Positions 14,418 to 26,528 of a DNA stretch of 64,000 bases are shown here, piece by piece; the stretch's first letter is position 1, and every line of letters starts with the position of its first letter. Made by a program: the position numbers and the translations under genes. Under the pieces are notes generated by a model. It was not told the DNA's origin, did not search any database, and worked only from the letters and a program-made list of their open reading frames with translations. Source of the DNA: Octopus bimaculoides. Lineage: Eukaryota. The stretch covers positions 6,861,190 to 6,925,189 of the forward strand of contig NC_068992.1 of NCBI RefSeq assembly GCF_001194135.2. The letters are read 5' to 3'.

Positions 14418-14626
14418 ATTAGCAACAGTTTCAGCTTCACAATGATACTTTGTTGGGTGCATACAATCATAACTCCATGCATGTATGATATTTTCAGTAA
14501 GAAATATTTTTGCAAAACTGTTGTGGGGCTTACTACACTTCTGGAAAATGCTAAATCGGTGTACTACACTTTGACAATTTTCATCGGAAGCAGCTGGAAA
14601 TACAATAGTTTGACCAAAAGAACCGG
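14418..14626 (-). CDS. Internal exon (209 nt, phase 1->0) of an unidentified protein-coding gene: xGSFGQTIVFPAASDENCQSVVHRFSIFQKCSKPHNSFAKIFLTENIIHAWSYDCMHPTKYHCEAETVAN
   Basis: Acceptor ttttacttccaatag|CC, donor AAT|gtaaaa. Lies in one of the longest non-repeat ORFs (14322-14696). Hand count over 69 codons gives roughly GC1 45%, GC2 41%, GC3 22%, as expected for coding DNA in an AT-rich genome. In phase with the next exon. Confidence 0.65.
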
Positions 14627-15235
14627 CTATTGGAAGTAAAATTAAATATTGAATAAAATGCATTTGGCCAAATTTGGACTTAGAACAATTTAACATAAAA
14701 GCAACGATATGTATTTATGAATATATCATCATCATAATACATCCGCTTTCACTGCTGGCATGGGTTGGACGGTTTGACTGAGGACTGGCAAGCCACATAT
14801 ACATATACATACTTATGAATATATATTTATATATATTTATGGTTATATATTTATGCATATTCATATACGTATCATGAATACTCAATACAGAAAAGTTTAT
14901 TGCAAAGCACAAATTTTGTACGAGTAGTATCTGTCATTAGTAAAGATTTCATTTAGGAAACCTTCAATCCATTGCCAACTATCTGCCTTTTCTCATTTAC
15001 TGTCTTCTTTATCATATTTTGATTAGCTGTTATTATCTGAAGGCAAATCTATGCTTATGGGTCAGATATCATTTGAAATATGCATATTTCAGTGAATGAA
15101 CATTTTATTAAATAGATTGCTTTCGACATACACTCATATGATTAAATGTGTATGCTTCTGTGTGTGTTTATATATATATATGTATATAGTATATATAGTA
15201 TATACTATATATATGTATATAGTATGTATGTATAT

Positions 15236-15755
15236 NNNNNNNNNNNNNNNNNNNNNNNNNNNNNNNNNNNNNNNNNNNNNNNNNNNNNNNNNNNNNNNNN
15301 NNNNNNNNNNNNNNNNNNNNNNNNNNNNNNNNNNNNNNNNNNNNNNNNNNNNNNNNNNNNNNNNNNNNNNNNNNNNNNNNNNNNNNNNNNNNNNNNNNNN
15401 NNNNNNNNNNNNNNNNNNNNNNNNNNNNNNNNNNNNNNNNNNNNNNNNNNNNNNNNNNNNNNNNNNNNNNNNNNNNNNNNNNNNNNNNNNNNNNNNNNNN
15501 NNNNNNNNNNNNNNNNNNNNNNNNNNNNNNNNNNNNNNNNNNNNNNNNNNNNNNNNNNNNNNNNNNNNNNNNNNNNNNNNNNNNNNNNNNNNNNNNNNNN
15601 NNNNNNNNNNNNNNNNNNNNNNNNNNNNNNNNNNNNNNNNNNNNNNNNNNNNNNNNNNNNNNNNNNNNNNNNNNNNNNNNNNNNNNNNNNNNNNNNNNNN
15701 NNNNNNNNNNNNNNNNNNNNNNNNNNNNNNNNNNNNNNNNNNNNNNNNNNNNNNN
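15236..15755. other. Assembly gap (N) flanked by TA-rich repeats; second gap at 39325-39945
   Basis: Direct reading. This gap could hide an exon of the minus-strand gene. Confidence 0.98.
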
Positions 15756-15893
15756 ATATATATATATATATATGTATTTATATATGTATGTGTGTATATA
15801 TATGTCTCTATATATGTATATATATATGTATCTATGTATGTATGTATCTATATATGTATATATATATATGTATGTATATTATATGTATGTATA

Positions 15894-16312
15894 TTGTTGG
15901 CACTCCGTCGAGGGTTCCAGTCGATCCAATCAGAATAGCCTGCTCGTGAAATTAACATGCAAGTGGCTGAGCACTCCACAGACACGTGTACCCTTAACGT
16001 AGTTCTCGGGAATATTCAGCGTGACACAGTGTGAAAAGGCTGGCCCTTTGAATTACAGGCACAACAGGGACAGGACGTAAAAGTGATAGAAAGTTGTGGT
16101 GAAAGAGTACCGCAGGGTTTGCCACCATCCCCTGCCGGAGCCTCGTGGAACATTAGGTGTTTTTGCTCAATAAACACTCANNNNNNNNNNGGAGCCTCGT
16201 GGAACATTAGGTGTTTTTGCTCAATAAACACTCACAATACCCAGTCTGGGAATCGAAATCGCGATCCTATGACCACGGGTCCGCTGCCCTAACTACTGGG
16301 CCATTACACCTC
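15894..16312 (-). mobile_element. tRNA-headed SINE (third family), split by a 10-N join
   Basis: Minus-strand head ggtgtaatggcccagtagttagggcagcggac...tttcgattcccagactggg, with a CpG-rich young body ending ggagtgccaacaa. Confidence 0.75.
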
Positions 16313-16869
16313 TACTGCCTTTGGTCGTAGCTCTACTAACCAGCAACTAAACAACAACAGCTTTTCTCGGAGTAGTTAGAATGTAGTCTTGACAGCAGAG
16401 ATGTGTTAGAGACTGTGAGAAAGAGACCAAGACGCATGCTAATAGGAGGTGATGGTTAGCATCAAGTCTGATGAATATTAGTGTAGAAGAGGGAGAATTG
16501 GCAAGCAGGAGATTATTTTATACAATATGTCTAATATTGTGATGAACTACCAAACCTTCCAACATTTTGTTATTAACTTTCTGTCATCATATCTCATTCT
16601 TTTAGAAGGTTATGATGACAGTAAGTTGGTAATAAATATTGCTGTTTTTTACATTTTTTTTTTTTAGGTTCAAACAATTCTTGATTATTTTTCTTAAGTA
16701 TGTTTGTGTGTGTATATATATATAAATAATTTTATGAAAAGCGACTTCAAAGTTTCACCAGGAGTTGGCCTTGACAGACTGCCAGTCTGTTGAGGCAAAC
16801 TACTGGCAAAATTTTGATGTCACTGTCAATAAAGTTATTAAAAACTGATTCTGCACTTGTAGTCAGTCT

Positions 16870-17285
16870 TTTCTTTACTTAATGTTCTTTGTAGCACAAA
16901 AACAACCTTCCAACTCATACTTGCATAGAAAAGTGGACCAGAAAGACAATGCTGATGATGATGAGGAGGATATAGGTTGCAGACAGCAGCAGAAAGCGTT
17001 GTTGTACAGGGAAACTAGCCTCACCATCAAGCAAAAAGTCTTGTGTACAATTGTTATGTTCCTCTTATAAACCTGTTATGTTCCTCTTATAAACTTTTAT
17101 AAGAACATGTGAGACAGCTAAATATTTTCTAGATTATATGTTTCTGTCTGTCCACTTCATCCACTAATATTATAAGTTCCTTCACACCAACGTGCTTCTG
17201 CAAGTCAAAATTTCAGTTCTGTTTGACCTCTTGTAAAAGTCTTAGATAACATGCACTGGACATGTCATTCACATGTTAGACCAGT
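16870..17285 (+). mobile_element. Degenerate RTE (BovB-like) RT C-terminal fragment
   Basis: SYLHRKVDQKDNADDDEED...SLTIKQKVL...CTGHVIHM resembles YLGS..IDDEV..RI...ISLxTKLKVY...WAGHVxRM. Contains an approximately 22-bp tandem duplication at about 17051-17095. Confidence 0.5.
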
Positions 17286-17508
17286 ACATGTGTGTGGACA
17301 TGTGCATGTGTGTGTGTGTGTATGCATGTGCACATATGCATACATGCGTAGCATAGCTATATCTACATCATTGAGTCACAGAAATTCATTTTGGAAATTG
17401 ACAGAAAGTTAGTTATATTAAGCAATGAAGGCATTCTATAGAGAGCCAACTCATGACCACTTAGCAAAACCATCACAGAATGTTAATTAAAGCTAGCAGG
17501 TTACATAC

Positions 17509-17558
17509 TCCAGCTGCCATAACACTGACATTCTAAAACAACTTTCTAATAGACATGA
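17509..17558 (-). CDS. Candidate upstream exon of the same minus-strand gene (50 nt; shorter 37-nt or 24-nt forms encode KVVLECQCYGSW or xCQCYGSW)
   Basis: Strong acceptor ttttctttctttgttccaccag| and donor GGA|gtatgt. The frame that joins exon 14626 (...YGSW|TGSFGQ) has one TAG at 17546-17548 in the 50-nt form. Confidence 0.3.
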
Positions 17559-17603
17559 CTGGTGGAACAAAGAAAGAAAAGACTGAAAACTACATAGTAT
17601 GTA

Positions 17604-17647
<44 letters not shown>

Positions 17648-17654
17648 TGTTTGT

Positions 17655-17850
17655 GTTTGTCCCCCTAGCATTGTTTGACAACCGATGCTGGTGTGTTTAT
17701 GTTCCCGTCACTTAGCGGTTCGGCAAAAGTTACCGATAGGATAAGTACTAGGCTTACAAAGAATAAGTCCCGGGGTCGGTTTGCTCGACTAAAAGTGGTG
17801 CTCCAGCATGGTCACAGTCAAATGACTGAAACAGGTAAGAGAGTAAAGAG
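17655..17850 (+). mobile_element. SINE 3' body/tail (second family), young copy
   Basis: cttagcggttcggcaaaag...gtggtgctccagcatggtcacagtcaaatgactgaaaca. Antisense copies at about 27095-27430, 28090-28450, 31155-31350 and 44530-44890. Confidence 0.8.
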
Positions 17851-20800
17851 AGTAAGAGGGTACAGAACTTTCATAACTAATGTCAAAGCAACCGATATTT
17901 GATGGCAGAGAAAAACCACAGCCAGCAGAATCCAGTCATTATTTTGCCACCTAATGTATTCAAGAGCACAAGAGGAACTTATACTGACACATATACATGT
18001 GTATATATGTATATATTTTCTTTATTTCCTTTATGTGTTCTAGCCAAAGGTTGTGGCTGTCTGTAAGCTGTTGCAATGTCTTAACAACTTTGTGTGTTCT
18101 AACTCAATCTGTTGTTTTATTATTATATCCCACACACACACACACACACAAACCTGAAAAAGTTGTAAAAAAATGTTTGCTTATTTCCTTGGTTTGCTTA
18201 AAATTTTACCCAAGCATTACAATCTGAGGTACAAATGGATTCTCTGATTTTTGTTTCTATTTAATTTACCATAGGAAAATATTAAATCAATTTCATAATG
18301 CATAGAAAGAGAGAAAAATCTCAAATTCAATGGAATAAACAATTAGTTTAATTGAATATTTTCTCTATGAATTCTGAATGATATATTTTTATGCATGAGA
18401 GTCTTTTATTCACATGAAAAGAAAATTATACGACATACAGAAACTAAATTATATATTGCACAAAATTTTGCCATGAGGGACTTTGAGAATTGAGGATAAG
18501 AATACATTTTGAGAAGTGATTCTCATCAAAATTAAAGAAACTTTTAACACAGAATTTTCTCTCTGCTAATGAATAATAGCAAGAGGAGAATTGAAATTGG
18601 ATATGTAAAGCATTATCTTATACTAATATCTGATTATAGAATAGGCAAATTACTGTCTGTTAGCTTTCTGTTGATATCAAAGACATTGAAAAGTTGCTGT
18701 TATCCTTCAAATTGGTTTTAAGAACAAGAAAATTTGTCTGTCTATGTCGGCATCAGTTTGATACATCTATTGCTGAATTCTTTTCTCTTCAACTGTCTAA
18801 GCACTTGGTTATTTTTGTCTAATCTCTTCAGATCATAACATAGTTGAAATCTGTTTTCTTTTATTTTATTTCATTTGTTTTGTTTTCTGTATATCATTAG
18901 TTATTTATCTGTAAGTTTCACTATTCATTTTTACAGTATTTATTTTCATTTCTTATATAAATGCTTTTTATTATTGTCATACTACATTTTACACTCCTCA
19001 TCATTATCATGTTTCCTCCTCCTCCACCTCCTCATCATCATCCCCATCATAGCCCTTGATTGCTGAAGAGTCATCGAGGGTAACCCATGCCAGCATAGAA
19101 AATTGATGTTAAATGATGATGGGGATGAATCAGTTAATGAACATATGAAATTCTCATTGTTCTTCTCTCAGACTGAAATGTTACTGAAACATTGTTACTG
19201 CCACTAACACCATTCATTTGCATGCGGACATATATAAATACATGTACACACATATATACACCCTCAACACACACATGTACCAATTAACACCTATTTTCTC
19301 ATGTTGGATGGGTTTGAAGAAACTTCAGAAAGGCAATTTTTCTATGGCTGGATATTCTTTCTTTGACCAACTGTTACTTATTTTTCAAGTTATTTATTCT
19401 TTTCATTTGACCAGTCACCATACTTTTGCAGAATCACAGAGCATTTGTTCACTGCAAAAAATATTACTGTCATCATCTTTCTCTTTGCCAGTACTAATGA
19501 TGACACATTGAAATGATATATAAAAAATTAAACACATACACACACACTTATATGTAAACATATACCAAGCTTCCTCACAGTTTCCATCTACCAAGCATAC
19601 ACTAAAGTCTTAAGAAATATAATAGGACATTATACAGTGTACCCTTAGGTATAAGATATTTGAAAAGACAAAATGATGGGGAAGTTGTAGCCCTGAAAAT
19701 TTATCTTCCACCATTTTACATTCTTAACCTCATGAAAAATTTTTTATGAAGGGTATAGATCATTAATATAATGGTTTTCATTATTTAAATATTTAGCATA
19801 AGGAAATACTTAAATTGAATAGAGTACTGACAGATGCAAAGTTAAAAGCTAGAGTTTTCATTGGATCTGTAGTGTCTTCTTTCCTGCCCTTAAATTGAGA
19901 TGGAACATAGAGTATAGACACCTGTTGCTGCAGTTTTTAAAAGTTACATCTACATGCAACCACGCCAGTGAAAGCATGTTAGTATTGAGTTGTTATTGGC
20001 AAAATGTGAATTCCAGTTGTGATGGGAAACTTTGTTGTAGTCTCTTCCTGTGTCATTTGTGGAATGAGATGTTGTCAATTTGCAGGAACCAACAGTAATC
20101 ATTCATATTTCAGTTGAAGCTCCTGGTATATTTGCTTTCCATAATGGAGATCTGGTAATTGAAATCCTCACCAATCTTCATCTTTACAACCCAAAAGAAA
20201 GTTGGAAGGAAAATGTCAAAATGTGAATTAAAAAATGCATTTTAAGAGATATTCTACATACCTTTCTTTCATAAGAATGCAACATAGTATTTACCAGTCC
20301 ACAGTAGTTTTCAGCTCTGTGGTTTCCAAGAAAATTTTTATGATCTTTCTTCTATCCCACTTAGTTTAGCAGCAGGAAATGATGCTACAGATCTCCAGCT
20401 TTTAACTTTGCAATATGGTTGCTACATTTACCAGATCCAGTTACTGAATAGAGGTTCCCTAATTAGCTCAAACTGTAAGCTGATCATTGATAAAGGCTGT
20501 GAATTGTCAGAAGCAGCAGAACATTAGTGAAATTGCTTTGTGTTATTTAGTTATGCCCCATTACATTTTGAGTTCAGATATCTCCACACTCAATTTATTT
20601 TTCATTATCTGATGTCAAGAAATTTGAGGATTTGTGCCTATCTTAAGATTCAATATAGCAACAAAATTTCATCATGGAAATTAGATATTTGCAAATTTTT
20701 GTAAAGTTAAAATTCTTCTGTCTTTGTAATAAAATGTTAGAGAGATAATAAAAAAAATTCTTTCTTTTTGAATACAAATAAATTATTATCTGAGTTGCAA

Positions 20801-21548
20801 ACCATCATAAAACAAGCTGACTCAGCTTTGAGATCAGATGAAGACAATAAGATCTTTTTCTATGGTAATTATGAATATATTTTGAAAAATTGTCTTCTCC
20901 ACTTCTCACACATTCCACAAATAGACAATACAATGGCAGTTATACTGTAGCTGCTCAGAAACCATCTTAAAAGAAACAACTGACACTTTTGAAAGTCAAT
21001 TTTGAGTACGGCAATCCCATAATTTTAAGTTGTAGACTTAATATCTATCTATGCTTGGTGTAACACACAATCTGGCCCTCTTCTTTAGTGGAGTCCATGC
21101 TTTTACAAACATTTGAGGTAACGTTTTGGTCTAAGGATAACTTCTTCCTTCCATCTGTCTCTGAGTCCTTGAAAATAACTTAAGCACAATCCTTTTCTGC
21201 TCTGATTCAGACCAAAAAGAAAAAAGAAAACGAAAATTAAAAACTGACATGTCTGTCATATAATGCTCCATGCTCCCTTCGAGTTGGCAAAAGAAAGACA
21301 ATGGGATTACAAAACTAAGAAAAGTTTACTATGTTCCATAACAAAACCACATGTCATAAATCTGCCCTGAAGAACAACAATGTCTGTCTGCCAAGAATTG
21401 GACTAATTAGCAATGCAATCACAAGACACAAGCAACAAAGATTTTACATTACATAAAATAACAACTTGGGGGATGTCTAACTTGTTAATGAAGGATTCCA
21501 AGGGTATGCTACATTTACACATATGCAAACATATATTATACTTATGTC

Positions 21549-21616
<68 letters not shown>

Positions 21617-21670
21617 TGTATATTTACATATATCGGTATGTAAACGCATTTCTGTCTCTCTATTAATCTC

Positions 21671-21723
<53 letters not shown>

Positions 21724-22559
21724 TCATACATACACACATGCTTAAATAGACATAAAAGAATATCAAACATTAAAATCAGTAATTTAAGAGAAAATACCAC
21801 AAGCTGCTTGGCCGATCTCAAACCATATACCTACTGATTGTAGCATAGTGAGCTTAACTAATTGGAGAGAGAGAAGACTTGTATTTTCAAATGTTTATCT
21901 GCTATTGAATTGTATTTCTCAGTCTTCACAATTAGCTCACTGTGTGTGTGTATTAAAGCATACAGTATTATAAATCTATTTACATCAATCTTATCAATTG
22001 GTTTCACACTAGGTATTAAATGACCAGATATCAGATAACAGGACAGTTAACTAACACTATGTGCTCTTCAGAGATGGCAGGCATAGAAAAAATAGGGAGA
22101 CTACTGTCTGTTATTGGAAGTGAAAAACCGTCACATCTGGTTTATGAATATTGTGCAAAAACTGAGATGAAGTCACTGGAGACAAATGAACAAAGAATTT
22201 ATCAAGAATTATGTCCCTTGGCCACAAAGTATCTGAGATGGCTGTAATGCAGCAGGAGTCTAGTGGGTGGAAATATATGCAGAACATGGGAGTTTAAGAG
22301 TTTGGTATGTGTGTAGGGTTGGTAGACATGTAAGGGTTTGTTCATTTTTTATGGTGGGGTACCCAAATCTTTCAGCTCATATATGTTGACTTGTGTGTTT
22401 CAAAGATTTTGCTAGGGTCTCAGGATACTTAACTATATACATTCACAATCTCACCCTATGGAATCTAGAGTTAGAATGGGACCAGAAAATTTAAGTAACT
22501 CTTGTCTCTTTCCAAGCGTGACGTTGCATGGTAGCAAAACACAGGCAATGAATTTAGAA

Positions 22560-22880
22560 AATGTGTAAAGGCTGGAAATGAAGTGAAGCAATCACGCTGC
22601 TGTTGTGTAAGATTTGTGTGCTGAAGGAAGACCATAGTGTAATCTGGTGTAATGCAGAAAAGTGATAATTTAGCTGGCAAGAGACATATGATACGTATGG
22701 AAAAGGATTTTATCATGCACTCTTAAAGGAAGAAGGTGTGAAAGAAGATGAAGCAAATCAAGGGGAGAACCAGCAGAAGCTGATCTGATGTGGTTGAACT
22801 TCATAATGGAGATGACAAAATATCACAAGCGACAAGACAGTATTCTGGAGAAGACATGTTTAACCCATGCAAGTTTGAAG
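22560..22880 (+). mobile_element. Degenerate RTE ORF 3' end
   Basis: Decayed match to the RTE terminal region (..GRPRKTWDEVV..D...WxxAVLEKT), including tattctggagaagacatg. Confidence 0.45.
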
Positions 22881-23349
22881 AAGTAGACATAAATATCAAG
22901 CTCATATTGATGATGTATAAATGCTCCTTGTGTGTGTGTGTGTGTGATATTTACACATGTATATACATGTAAATGCACTTTAGTCTTGTATTGGTTTCAG
23001 TCACTGGACTGAGGCCATGCTAGAACGTTGCTTTGAAACATTTTAGCTGAACATATCAACTCCACTGGTTATTTCAGTCTGATACTTACATTATGAATCA
23101 CTATTAATGAATGACTATTATCTTTTTTGACATAAAGGAACTGAACTCACACATGTTTCTATCAGTATAGACAAACATGACACATGAACATATATACATA
23201 AATGCATGGATACATACACATACACACTGGGCTTTCACAGTTTCATAAACCAAATATTAATCCCAGAGCAATAGTCATCAAAGAGTATGGCAGACGATTA
23301 CTTTGTCAAGCAAACTTCTTAAACATATGTGCCTACATGTGTGTTAGTA

Positions 23350-23406
<57 letters not shown>

Positions 23407-26400
23407 GATAGATAAATATCATCACCATCAATGTTTTAACATCTGCTTTTCCATGCTTGCATAGACCAGAGGGAATTCATTGATGTAGATTTTCTATGGT
23501 CAAATGCTCTTTTTGTCACCAATCTTTCCAAGTAATGTAATACTTCTCCATGGCTGAATATGTTTTTTACAGAAGATCAGAAACAAAGTACACTACATCC
23601 ATAATAATGATGTTTGCTTTACAACTGTAAAGATGGGGAGAGATAACACACACACACACACACATACACACCCATACAAACACACATGCACATACATATG
23701 CAAGTTGCAGGCAAGGCTGTGTGGTAAGAAATTAGCTTCCCAACCACATGGTTCTGGGTTCAGTCAAGTGTCTTCTACTATAGCCTTGGGCCTTGTGAGT
23801 GGATTTGGGAGATGGAAACTGAAACGAAACACAGAAATGTATATATCTGTGTGTCTTTGTCCTCCACCACCACTTGACAACTAGTGTTATCACTCAGGCT
23901 TAAAAGAATATGTCCTGGGTTTCAAGTCATTTTACTAGAAATTCTTCAAAGATGTGTGAAGGTTATGATTGACACTGTTAGTAGCAATATCATCAAGATA
24001 GTCTTAAGTTATAGATTCCTGTATGATTGTTTTTTTTCTTTTAAGTTTCCAAGATAACTGCAACAAGTACTGCATGGAAAATAATATCCAGCAAAATTTC
24101 CCCGTATCTAATACTTCTCCTGATGCCCACAGATCTTCTTGTGCTAACATTAGTTTTGAAAAGGTTGTGAATCTTCATATCAAGATTTAAAGAGAATAAT
24201 GTAATCCTTTTAGACAAAGTTGCCCTCTAAGACTTTACAAATGAAAGGTGTATGCTATGAAAAGCCTTGGTAACTGAATTATTGAATTCAAATTATTTTT
24301 CAATAATTTTCTGCAATGAAAACAATTGTTCCATTGTGTCTCTCCCTTTAGACTTTAATGAGATTAAAATTCTCTAAATTCTCTATTTCTATTCCATTTA
24401 TATCTATTTTCTCCCATACAATATCCCCTTTTCTATAATTTCTTGAAAGATTTAAAGGGCCCTTTAGAATATTTTTAACTATAAATAAACATGTACAGTT
24501 TTGAAATTTTCTTCAATTTATAAAAGCAGAGAAATTTCCAGAAGCATTATTTATAGATTCATATTCCACTTCAAAGAACTTTTCTATGTAAACTTTTTAC
24601 TGTCTTAGTTTCTGAAAATTAAACAGCAATAAAACAAAACTTACACAGGAATCAAACAAATAAGACAAAAATCTCCGAAGAACTAAAGAGATCTTTCATA
24701 TTGGTACGGTTTATTTAAAAAGAAAAAAAATCAAACTGCTCTGTTAAATATTACATTCCTGTTGGATATAAATATCTTACATTTTAGGCTCCAGCCCTCT
24801 CTGTGTAGGAAGGAGATTCTCCTGCTACAAGTATTGGTTTCATTGTGAAACATAACCTAGCCATCTGTGTTTTTACTTATATTTTGTAATGTGTGAATTT
24901 TTTCAGAGGTTTCAATTCCACTGTATATTTTCTAAGTAGACAATTGTCGTTACACTAACCATTATTTTATGTCTTATGGAGTGTTTGTTATGAGAAGTTT
25001 ATCCGTCAGATACAAACCTGCGAGAATCTATTAGACCCTGCTGATATGGGTTTTTAAATACTTAATCTTGTCTTTATTTATTTGTTTTATATTTATCCTA
25101 AATTAAAATAAAAAAAACCAACAGATGTTAAATTAAAAGGTGAAGAAAACAATAATGTAAATTATTCTAATAAAATAAGATTTGTAGATACATAATAGTT
25201 TCTCCTTAAACTTTTGTTCTTGTATTATAATATAGGACTCTAATAATACAGGACTCTTTGTTCCTATATTAAAGAATATTGGGTATTATTTTTCATGTTT
25301 GAATTAAATCATTATATAGAATCTAACAACTGTGTTTCGATGAGACTATTATATATTATTGAAAATTCTGAAGATTGAATTAAATCATTACATCAAAGAA
25401 TTTTATGTTTCTAATGAAATTATTGTGCAAAGGTAAAGATTGTTGGGTTTTAATAAAAATTATTGAAAAAGTTTCATAAAAATATTTCTTTGAAAGGAAA
25501 AGAAAATTGCAAGAGAAATTTGATTCCTACAAAATGAATTTTTCCCATATCAAACAAATAATTCCCTCCACCATCCCTGTCTACCTCTCCTTCAAAAATG
25601 AAAATGCAAAAAGAAAAGAATGAAAACCTTTTACTATTCTGAAATATGCTATTGAAAAGATATTTTATAAATGTATTGTACATCACTTCAGTCAAATGTT
25701 ACACTTCTCCACTCAAGTTAACCTTACTTTAATACTGTTACACAAAAACATTCTGCATCCTACCATCATTTCAGATTATTTCTCTCATAAGAAATTACTT
25801 CAAAACAGTTTCTGTTGACAATCTTAGAAGGTTGTTGATAGTTGCAGGAAGTTTTATTTTTGATATTCATATGTGAATTTTCTATTTTATCAAATTGTAT
25901 TTAATTCAATTAAAGAAAAAAGAAAAAAAATACAAACCTGCGTGAAATAGAATGTTTATTTCTTGTTCTATAATTTCAGTTCATGTCTACAATAGATTAG
26001 AGAAATATAAATTAAACCTAGTACTTGTGACTGGTCCTTTATTTTATCAATTGTAGAAGGGTGAAAAACAAAGTGACTTTTAGTGGGGATTTGAAATCAG
26101 AACATGGTGGACCATAAGGTTCATTGCTCAATGCATCTAACAAATTAGACAGTTACTCTTCATTGTTTAGCTTTTGGTCATACTTGATCAAGTATATACT
26201 ATATTAAAAAGCATTGCAGTTTTGGGGGTTTTTTTCTCTTGCAGGGCTCAGTGTATTTAGAATTATATAAAAATGTTTATTTTATTGTCACATAGCAAAT
26301 ATTAGGGTGTTTTAATTTTAAATGTCTAAACATTTTTTTCTGTAAAATTAAATAATGACATTGGTTTTCAAGTTGTTTTCTTTTCTCTTCAAGATTGAAA

Positions 26401-26495
26401 TCAACCCTATAATAAAATTTCATAAAATTACTAAATATTAAAACTATTTTATAACCTCAATATTTTCATATTTTCTTGTTTTCTCTTTGTTATAG

Positions 26496-26528
26496 GTAAG
26501 TGTATGCATACAGATGGCACTTGTCAAG
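26496..26528 (+). CDS. Candidate 33-nt phase 1->1 micro-exon (G)KCMHTDGTCQ(G), starting with GTAAGT
   Basis: ttttcttgttttctctttgttatag|GTAAGT...CAAG|gtaaag: long polypyrimidine tract and strong donor. Confidence 0.4.

Noticed and set aside
14470-14620. Resemblance of the minus-strand exon to a Cys-loop receptor (G..FPA...C-x12-C, WSYD like loop B WTYD)
   Set aside because: The loop is 12 rather than 13 residues, it lacks the FPxD motif, the C-to-W spacing is 19 rather than about 6, and no TM domains follow.
14394-14639. Plus-strand ORF with a GPCR TM7-like string (WVHTIITPCMYDIFSKKY, like NPxxY plus helix 8)
   Set aside because: It is the antisense shadow of the minus-strand exon. Its codon pattern would be GC1 about 22% and GC3 about 45%, the reverse of expectation, and no other TM helices are nearby.
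16137-16234. 44-bp direct repeat either side of a 10-N gap (same pattern at 29137-29307)
   Set aside because: This is the typical unmerged contig-overlap artefact, not a biological duplication.
16921-17040. Minus-strand hydrophobic stretch LLLSATYILLIIISIVFLVHFSMQ ending at a gtatga donor
   Set aside because: It is the antisense of a plus-strand RTE RT relic, with an upstream stop and no credible acceptor.
21111-21201. Minus-strand exon candidate SRKGLCLSYFQGLRDRWKEEVILRPKRYLK after a strong pyrimidine tract
   Set aside because: The donor is weak, and the surrounding 20760-21490 region shows LINE-endonuclease-like fragments. It cannot be separated from transposon debris without RNA data.
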